In this document: piece after piece, positions 57,380-64,000 of the stretch
Numbering within the stretch: the stretch's first letter is position 1
How the letters are laid out: every line of letters begins with the position of its first letter
Source of the DNA: an uncultured Nitrospiraceae bacterium
GTDB lineage: Bacteria; Nitrospirota; Thermodesulfovibrionia; Thermodesulfovibrionales; Dissulfurispiraceae
Direction of reading: 5' to 3'
Assembly (NCBI GenBank): GCA_963727805.1
Contig: CAVSHF010000003.1
Span: 1,344,001-1,408,000 of the forward strand
DNA: 64,000 nucleotides
Notes under the pieces: generated by a model
Seen by the model: only the letters and a program-made list of their open reading frames with translations
Told to the model about the DNA's origin: nothing
Database searches by the model: none
Program-made: the position numbers and the translations under genes

Positions 57380-57862
57380 TCAGCGAGCCTCCATGTCTTT
57401 ATTGATAGCAGCGATAACAGCGTCAATCATGATTCTATGAGACCCTTCCCAGTAGACTTTACCACAATCCCCGCATTTTAAAAAAGCTTTCGCGTTCCAT
57501 AGGACATACTCGGGAACCTCTGCAAAAATAGCGCTCCTTTCAACGAGCAGAAGCTCGCCGTTACAGGAAACACAGCGTTGTGCTGAAACAACTTTACCGG
57601 ATCGAGCGCCGAAGGCCTTGAAGACTTCCTTGATCTGTTCAACGGTGTCCTGGCTCCGGATAAGAAGGCAGTCACCGGCCTTCTTCCTCCTACAGATTCC
57701 CATATCTCTCGTGAGGAGCATCCTGTTTTCCTGCTTTGCAATTCTAACGAGTTCGTTATCATCGATCAGTCGGAAGTAGAGCGTATCGTATCCCATGATC
57801 CTCAGCCATTTGGCAAGGCTGCCGAGCATAACGTCGGCTAAAAAGCGTGGGCTATCGGGCAT
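57380..57862 (-). CDS. Mut7-C RNase (PIN-like) domain protein
   Basis: FLADVMLGSLAKWLR..GYD, LLTRD, RCVSCN...C..CGKVYWEGSH. Confidence 0.92.
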   Translation of the reverse strand: MPDSPRFLADVMLGSLAKWLRIMGYDTLYFRLIDDNELVRIAKQENRMLLTRDMGICRRKKAGDCLLIRSQDTVEQIKEVFKAFGARSGKVVSAQRCVSCNGELLLVERSAIFAEVPEYVLWNAKAFLKCGDCGKVYWEGSHRIMIDAVIAAINKDMEAR

Positions 57863-57972
57863 GTCTCTTATCTGTGTCCGTATTCATAGTCCGTGCTTAA
57901 TGAATAGGATATCATTCATGTAATATATATACATTTAACGATGGAGAACAAGGAGCAGTTATTGCGGTCCAT

Positions 57973-58020
57973 AAACAAAACCAGGCCATGGAGCGTTCTT
58001 CAAATCGCATCCATGGCCTG
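57973..58020 (-). terminator. Intrinsic terminator after rpoC
   Basis: CAGGCCATGGA...TCCATGGCCTG 11-bp stem followed by GTTTTGTTT. Confidence 0.7.
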
Positions 58021-58045
58021 TTATGACATTCCTGACTGCCAGAGT

Positions 58046-61000
58046 TTAGCTTTCTTCTGTCGCCGCCTTGCTTTCCTCTTCTATCTGCATAGCATAGAAG
58101 TCACCCTCAATGAACGTATCCCGATAAATTGGCATGCCAGTTCCGGCAGGAATGACCCTTCCCATTATGACGTTTTCCTTCAGTCCTTTCAACTCGTCCA
58201 CGCCACCGCTGAGTGCCGCTTCAGTAAGGACCCTGGTCGTCTCCTGGAATGATGCTGCAGAAACCCAGCTTTCGGTCGCAAGGGACGCCTTGGTGATGCC
58301 GAGGAGCAGGGGCTTTCCGTGAGCAGCTCTACCGCCCTCGCTCTTGACCCTCTCATTCTCCTCAACAAAAACCATCCTATCGACTTCGTCCCCAATGAGG
58401 AATATGCTATCGCCCGAATCCTCAATGCGAATCTTCTTCATCATCTGTCGGACAATGACTTCTATGTGTTTGTCACTTATCGAAACGCCCTGGAGCCGAT
58501 ACACCTTCTGCACTTCATCGACAAGGTAGCGCTGCAGCTCCTTAGGACCGAGTATGTCGAGTATGCTGTGAGGATTCACCGAGCCGTCCATGAGTGGCTC
58601 CCCTGCCTTAACCCAGTCGCCTTCGTGGACGGTAACATGTTTACCTTTGGGGATGAGATATTCCCTTGATTCATCACCCCCCTTGACCACAACAACACGC
58701 ATGCCTTTATGTGCACCCCTGAATTCGACAATGCCGTCGATTTCCGTAACCATAGCCTGTTCCTTCGGCCTTCTTGCCTCAAAAAGTTCCGCAACCCTCG
58801 GCAGACCACCGGTGATATCCTTCGTCTTGGTGGTTTCGCGCGGTATCTTGGCGAGGATATCTCCAGGTGCCATCTCCTCATTCCTTTCAACAAGCATATG
58901 GGCTCCGGAAGGCAGCATATACCGGGCAGGATTGTTGGAACCGGGGATCTTTCCGGTCTTGCCTGAGTTGTCTTTTATCGAAATTCTCGGCCTCATGTTG
59001 GCCGGATAATCGATGATGACCTTATGGGCCAAGCCGGTTGTTTCGTCGACCTCTTCCTTGAAGGTTACGCCTTCTACGATATCTCCGAGCGCAATCTTGC
59101 CTCCGATTTCCGTGAGAATTGGCGTTGAATAAGGGTCCCACTCGACGAGGCGCTGGTTCGCTTCGACACGTTGCTTGTCTTCGACATATATCCTTGCCCC
59201 GTAAACAAGATTATATTTTTCTTTCTCCCTTCCAGCCTTGTCGACGATTGCGATGATCGCGTTCCTGTTCAGGACCGTGATAAATCCTTCCTTGTTCTTG
59301 ACGGCGTTAAGGTCGACGAACTTCACGAAGCCAGAATTCTTGGCAGTTAGCACGGCTTGTTCGATAATTTTTGTTGCCGCGCCACCGATATGGAACGTCC
59401 TCATCGTCAGCTGTGTGCCGGGCTCTCCGATGGACTGGGCCGCTATGATACCGATGGTCTCACCTATCTCTGTGGCCTCACCCCTTGTCAGGTCGCTGCC
59501 GTAACATTTACCACAGACCCCAATCTTGCAATGACAGGTAAGCACTGAGCGGATCTTAACCCTGTCTATACCCGACTCAACAATTTTCTTCGACAGTTCA
59601 TCGTCCACCATCGTATTTCTTGCGGCTATCGTCTCATGGGTGACCGGGTCCTTAAGCGTCTCAGCGACCGTTCTTCCAAATATTCTTTCTTCAAGAGTCT
59701 GGATAATCTCGCCGCCCTCGATAAGAGCCGTGACACTGATGCCCTCCCGCGTACCACAGTCCTCTTCCATCAAAATAACATCCTGGGCAACATCGACAAG
59801 CCTTCGCGTAAGGTAACCTGCGTTAGCAGTCTTGAGTGCTGTATCCGCAAGCCCTTTACGAGCACCGTGCGTCGATATAAAGTATTGAAGCGGGGTCAGG
59901 CCTTCGCGGAAATTTGCAGTAATTGGTGTTTCAATGATCTCGCCCGACGGCTTGGCCATAAGGCCTCTCATACCCGCCAGCTGTCTGATCTGGGCCGTAC
60001 TACCTCTCGCGCCGGAGTCCGCCATCATAAAGATACTATTGAACGAGCGACTCTCCTGTAGTTCCTCCTCTGAGAGAGATTTCCCATCTTCGGCGCCGAG
60101 TTCCTTCATCATTTCGTCGGCGACCTTTTCGGTCACGTTCGCCCAGATATCAATAACCTTATTGTACCGCTCGCCTTGGGTGATAAGGCCGTCTGCATAC
60201 TGCTTGCTAACCTCCATGACCTCATCTTCAGCGTCCTTTATGAGTTCCGCTTTTTTTGTAGGAACATGCATGTCGTCGATGCAGATGGAGATTCCCGACT
60301 GAGTCGCGAAACGGAACCCTATCTTTTCAAGTTTATTCATAAAAATGACGGTTTCCCGCTTACCCACAACTTTATGTATATATTCGATCAGCTTTCCGAG
60401 CTCCTTTTTAGTAAGCTCTTTGTTGATCATTGTGAAGGGAACATTTTTGGGTAGTATCTCGCTGAAGAGCATTCTCCCGACGGTCGTTTCGACAAAGGAT
60501 CCGTTCATCTTTACCTTGACCATGGCATGGACATCGATTGCGCCGGCATCGTACGCGATTCGAACATCGTCGACATCAGCGTAAATCTTTCCCTCTCCCT
60601 TTACGCCCCTTCTCATCTTTGTCAAATAGTATATGCCGAGGACCATGTCCTGAGTCGGCAGAACAATCGGTTTCCCATTGGCAGGAGAAAGGAGGTTGTT
60701 CACTGACATCATGAGTACCCTCGCCTCGATTTGTGCTTCAAGGGAGAGCGGAACATGTACGGCCATTTGATCCCCATCGAAGTCTGCGTTGAAGGCAGTG
60801 CAGACGAGCGGATGGAGCCTTATCGCCTTGCCCTCGACGAGTATCGGATCAAAAGCTTGTATGCCGAGACGGTGAAGAGTCGGCGCTCGGTTCAGAAGAA
60901 CCGGATGTTCCTGTATCACTTCTTCAAGAGCATCCCAAACTTCGGGCTTTTCCTTCTCGACGAGTTTCTTCGCCTGCTTGATGGTTGTAGCATAGCCCTT

Positions 61001-62164
61001 TTCCTCAAGCTTGTTGAATACAAATGGTTTGAAGAGTTCCAGAGCCATCATCTTCGGAAGTCCACATTGGTTGAGGTTAAGATCAGGGCCGACGACAATG
61101 ACCGAACGACCTGAATAATCAACTCTTTTCCCCAGAAGGTTCTGCCTGAAGCGCCCCTGTTTTCCCTTGATCATATCGCTTAAAGATTTAAGCGCTCTTT
61201 TGCCTCCGGCCTTGAGGACCTTAGTTTTTTTGCTGTTATCGAAAAGAGCATCGACAGCTTCCTGCAGCATCCTTTTCTCGTTCTTTATGATAACGCTGGG
61301 GGCCTTGAGCTCCATTAGCCTCTTCAACCTGTTGTTCCTGTTGATAACGCGTCTGTAGAGATCGTTCAGGTCAGAAGTTGCAAACCTGCCACCATCAAGA
61401 GGGACAAGGGGTCTCAGGTCGGGCGGCAGGACCGGCACGATATCAAGAATCATCCAGTCAGGCCTGTTGCTTGATTTCGTGAATGCATCCACGACCCGCA
61501 GCCGTTTTGTAAGTTTTTTCTTTACGCCTAATGAGGAAACAGCATCTATTTTCTCCTTAAGTTCTTTTGCAAGGGTCGCAAGATCTACCTTTTTGAGAAG
61601 CTCCCTGATCGCCTCAGCCCCCATGCCAACCTTGAACTTAGTGCCGAATTCAGCTATCTTCTTCTTGTATTCCTCTTCGGAGAGGAGGTCCTTTTCCTTG
61701 AGCGTCGTATCTCCCGCATCGATTACAATGTAATCCTCGAAGTAGAGCACTCTCTCAAGCTGCCGCACCGTCATGTCGAGAAGCGTTCCGATTCTGCTTG
61801 GTAGTCCCCTAAGGAACCAGACATGGGCAACAGGCGTCGCAAGCTCGATGTGGCCCATGCGCTCCCTTCTCACCTTTGATTGTATGACCTCGACGCCGCA
61901 CTTGTCGCAGATGACTCCGCGGTGCTTCATGCGCTTGTATTTGCCGCAGAGACACTCCCAATCCTTAACAGGACCGAATATCTTTGCGCAGAAGAGGCCG
62001 TCATGTTCCGGCTTGAACGTACGGTAGTTGATGGTTTCAGGCTTCTTGACCTCACCATGAGACCATTCCCTTATCTTTTCGGGTGATGCAAGTTTTATCC
62101 GAATGGCATCGAAATCCCGAGGGTTCTTTGGCTTTTGAAATAGGGCGTATATGTCTTCCTGCAA
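58046..62164 (-). CDS. rpoC: RNA polymerase beta' subunit
   Basis: KPETINYRT, Zn finger, [28 protein letters not shown]. Confidence 0.99.
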   Translation of the reverse strand: MQEDIYALFQKPKNPRDFDAIRIKLASPEKIREWSHGEVKKPETINYRTFKPEHDGLFCAKIFGPVKDWECLCGKYKRMKHRGVICDKCGVEVIQSKVRRERMGHIELATPVAHVWFLRGLPSRIGTLLDMTVRQLERVLYFEDYIVIDAGDTTLKEKDLLSEEEYKKKIAEFGTKFKVGMGAEAIRELLKKVDLATLAKELKEKIDAVSSLGVKKKLTKRLRVVDAFTKSSNRPDWMILDIVPVLPPDLRPLVPLDGGRFATSDLNDLYRRVINRNNRLKRLMELKAPSVIIKNEKRMLQEAVDALFDNSKKTKVLKAGGKRALKSLSDMIKGKQGRFRQNLLGKRVDYSGRSVIVVGPDLNLNQCGLPKMMALELFKPFVFNKLEEKGYATTIKQAKKLVEKEKPEVWDALEEVIQEHPVLLNRAPTLHRLGIQAFDPILVEGKAIRLHPLVCTAFNADFDGDQMAVHVPLSLEAQIEARVLMMSVNNLLSPANGKPIVLPTQDMVLGIYYLTKMRRGVKGEGKIYADVDDVRIAYDAGAIDVHAMVKVKMNGSFVETTVGRMLFSEILPKNVPFTMINKELTKKELGKLIEYIHKVVGKRETVIFMNKLEKIGFRFATQSGISICIDDMHVPTKKAELIKDAEDEVMEVSKQYADGLITQGERYNKVIDIWANVTEKVADEMMKELGAEDGKSLSEEELQESRSFNSIFMMADSGARGSTAQIRQLAGMRGLMAKPSGEIIETPITANFREGLTPLQYFISTHGARKGLADTALKTANAGYLTRRLVDVAQDVILMEEDCGTREGISVTALIEGGEIIQTLEERIFGRTVAETLKDPVTHETIAARNTMVDDELSKKIVESGIDRVKIRSVLTCHCKIGVCGKCYGSDLTRGEATEIGETIGIIAAQSIGEPGTQLTMRTFHIGGAATKIIEQAVLTAKNSGFVKFVDLNAVKNKEGFITVLNRNAIIAIVDKAGREKEKYNLVYGARIYVEDKQRVEANQRLVEWDPYSTPILTEIGGKIALGDIVEGVTFKEEVDETTGLAHKVIIDYPANMRPRISIKDNSGKTGKIPGSNNPARYMLPSGAHMLVERNEEMAPGDILAKIPRETTKTKDITGGLPRVAELFEARRPKEQAMVTEIDGIVEFRGAHKGMRVVVVKGGDESREYLIPKGKHVTVHEGDWVKAGEPLMDGSVNPHSILDILGPKELQRYLVDEVQKVYRLQGVSISDKHIEVIVRQMMKKIRIEDSGDSIFLIGDEVDRMVFVEENERVKSEGGRAAHGKPLLLGITKASLATESWVSAASFQETTRVLTEAALSGGVDELKGLKENVIMGRVIPAGTGMPIYRDTFIEGDFYAMQIEEESKAATEES

Positions 62165-62166
62165 AG

Positions 62167-64000
62167 CTATCCCTCCCTGCTTCTCTTTTTCTCCAGAAGT
62201 TCGACATCAAGGCCGAGGCTCTGGAGCTCTTTTATTAATACATGAAATGATTCAGGAACGCCCGGTTCGAGCACGGGATCGCCTTTAACGATGGCCTCAT
62301 ACATACGCGACCTCCCGCTGATATCATCACTTTTTACCGTCAGGAACTCCTGCAAGGTATGGGCAGCACCATAGGCTTCGAGCGCCCAGACTTCCATCTC
62401 TCCAAGCCTCTGACCGCCGAATTGAGCCTTTCCGCCTAGCGGTTGCTGAGTCACAAGCGAGTAGGGTCCGATAGAGCGTGCGTGTATCTTGTCTGCAACC
62501 AAGTGGTGCAGCTTGAGCATGTACATGCAGCCAACCGTAACCGGCCTTTGGAAAGGCTCTCCTGTCCTGCCATCGGTAAGGTTCATTTGTCCTGATGTAC
62601 GGAAGCCTGCCTTTTTAAGGAGATCCTTAACCTCGCTTTCACGCGCCCCTTCAAAAACAGGAGTGGAGACGTAGATATTATGGTTAACGGCTGCCCATCC
62701 GAGATGGGCCTCCAATATCTGTCCTACATTCATCCTCGACGGAACACCAAGTGGGTTCAATACGATATCCACAGGGCTGCCGTCGGGAAGATAAGGCATC
62801 TCTTCCGCGGGGAGGACCATTGAGACGACACCCTTGTTTCCATGGCGTCCCGCCATTTTGTCCCCCACCTGAATTTTTCTCTTCATCGCTATATAAACTT
62901 TCACTACTTTGTTCACCCCGGGAGGTAATTCATCTCCCTTCTTTACCCGTTCGATCCTCTCATGGTAACGCGTTTCAAGGTAGCGTATGTACTGGCTAAT
63001 CTCTCCGTTTGCCTCATCAATCTTCTCCCTCGAACCGGGGTCGTCGATCTTGATCTTCAGAAGATGGTCATCCTTGACCCTAAGCAGCTGCGCCTCGGTG
63101 AGCTTCTTGCCTTTCGGGCAGACCACTTCCTTGGTCTTCGAATCCTTCACATCCTCAACAACTTTTTGTCCGACAAGAAGCTTTCTGAAACGGGCGGCCT
63201 TCCCTTCTTTAAGTATCTTTATCTCTTCATCAAGATCTCTTTGGAGTCTGACGATGTCGTCTTCTTCGATGCTCTTGGTCCTTACGTCCTTTTCGATACC
63301 CTTCCTCGAAAGGACCCTCACATCGACAATAGTGCCTTCAATGCCCGGAGGAACATAAAGACAGCTTTCTTTGACCTCTTCGGCCTTCTCACCGAAGATA
63401 GCCCTCAGGAGTTTCTCTTCGGGGGTCAGTATGGTTTCTCCTTTCGGGGTGACCTTGCCAACGAGTATATCGCCTGCCTTGATCTCAGCACCGATCCTGA
63501 TAATGCCGCTCTCATCGAGATCCTTAAGAGCCTCTTCCCCGACGTTCGGGATGTCCCTTGTGATTTCCTCCGGACCGAGCTTGGTGTCCCGAGCTTCGAT
63601 CTCGAATTCATCGATGTGTATTGAGGTAAAAACATCATCCACAACCATCTTTTCGTTAATAAGCATAGCGTCTTCAAAATTGTATCCGCCCCAGGGCATG
63701 AACGCAACGATGACATTCTTCCCGAGCGCCAACTCCCCAAATTCAGTTGAGGGACCGTCTGCCAGGATGGCACCTTTTTCGACAGTCTCACCGGGGTTTA
63801 CCGTAGGCTTCTGGTTCATGCATGTTCCCTGATTGGACCTCTGGAATTTAACCAGGCTATAAATGTCAACACCTCCACTTTCTTCGGTTACCCTGACGAC
63901 GATGCGCGAAGAATCGACACTTTCGATCACACCTGCCCTTTTGGCGATAACAAGCCAGCCGGAATCTCTTGCGGCAAAGTGCTCCATACCGGTGCCTACA
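62167..64000 (-). CDS. rpoB: RNA polymerase beta subunit, 3' part (start lies beyond the window)
   Basis: [35 protein letters not shown]. Confidence 0.99.
   Translation of the reverse strand, partial: VGTGMEHFAARDSGWLVIAKRAGVIESVDSSRIVVRVTEESGGVDIYSLVKFQRSNQGTCMNQKPTVNPGETVEKGAILADGPSTEFGELALGKNVIVAFMPWGGYNFEDAMLINEKMVVDDVFTSIHIDEFEIEARDTKLGPEEITRDIPNVGEEALKDLDESGIIRIGAEIKAGDILVGKVTPKGETILTPEEKLLRAIFGEKAEEVKESCLYVPPGIEGTIVDVRVLSRKGIEKDVRTKSIEEDDIVRLQRDLDEEIKILKEGKAARFRKLLVGQKVVEDVKDSKTKEVVCPKGKKLTEAQLLRVKDDHLLKIKIDDPGSREKIDEANGEISQYIRYLETRYHERIERVKKGDELPPGVNKVVKVYIAMKRKIQVGDKMAGRHGNKGVVSMVLPAEEMPYLPDGSPVDIVLNPLGVPSRMNVGQILEAHLGWAAVNHNIYVSTPVFEGARESEVKDLLKKAGFRTSGQMNLTDGRTGEPFQRPVTVGCMYMLKLHHLVADKIHARSIGPYSLVTQQPLGGKAQFGGQRLGEMEVWALEAYGAAHTLQEFLTVKSDDISGRSRMYEAIVKGDPVLEPGVPESFHVLIKELQSLGLDVELLEKKRSREG

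Overview
A 64-kb stretch of core chromosome from an anaerobic bacterium. Gene content and the rpoB/rpoC style suggest Nitrospirota (Thermodesulfovibrionia) or a deltaproteobacteria-like lineage; this is inference, not a database result. Almost all genes are on the minus strand. Reading left to right the window holds: a NapB-less periplasmic nitrate reductase operon (napM-A-D-G-H); argS; pyrF and dcd; a membrane-bound group 1 [NiFe]-hydrogenase operon (small subunit, large subunit, cytochrome b, protease, hypC) with hypF; the ffh-rpsP-khpA-trmD-rplS-rnhB cluster (no rimM); thioredoxins; a DinG/YoaA helicase; an AT-rich islet beside tRNA-Ser(CGA); tadA, hypB and hypA; an ino1 + CDP-alcohol phosphotransferase pair; many housekeeping genes (ade, recO, era, alr, tatA, mobA, dnaB, rplI, rimO, thiL, lon, galU); tRNA-Leu(TAA); rpoC and the 3' part of rpoB. 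The standout is the hydrogenase large subunit. The ORF track splits it in two, but it is one reading frame with an in-frame TGA exactly at the second Cys of the N-terminal RxCxxC Ni-binding motif (a Ni-Fe bridging ligand), followed by a bacterial SECIS-like hairpin. The C-terminal DPCxxC motif, where classical [NiFeSe] enzymes carry Sec, keeps both Cys. Second-sphere residues and the small-subunit proximal cluster ligands are also unusual. Together this points to a candidate new type of selenium-containing hydrogenase. A second highlight is an unannotated 49-aa leader ORF plus an alternative terminator/anti-SD RNA switch in front of the nap operon.
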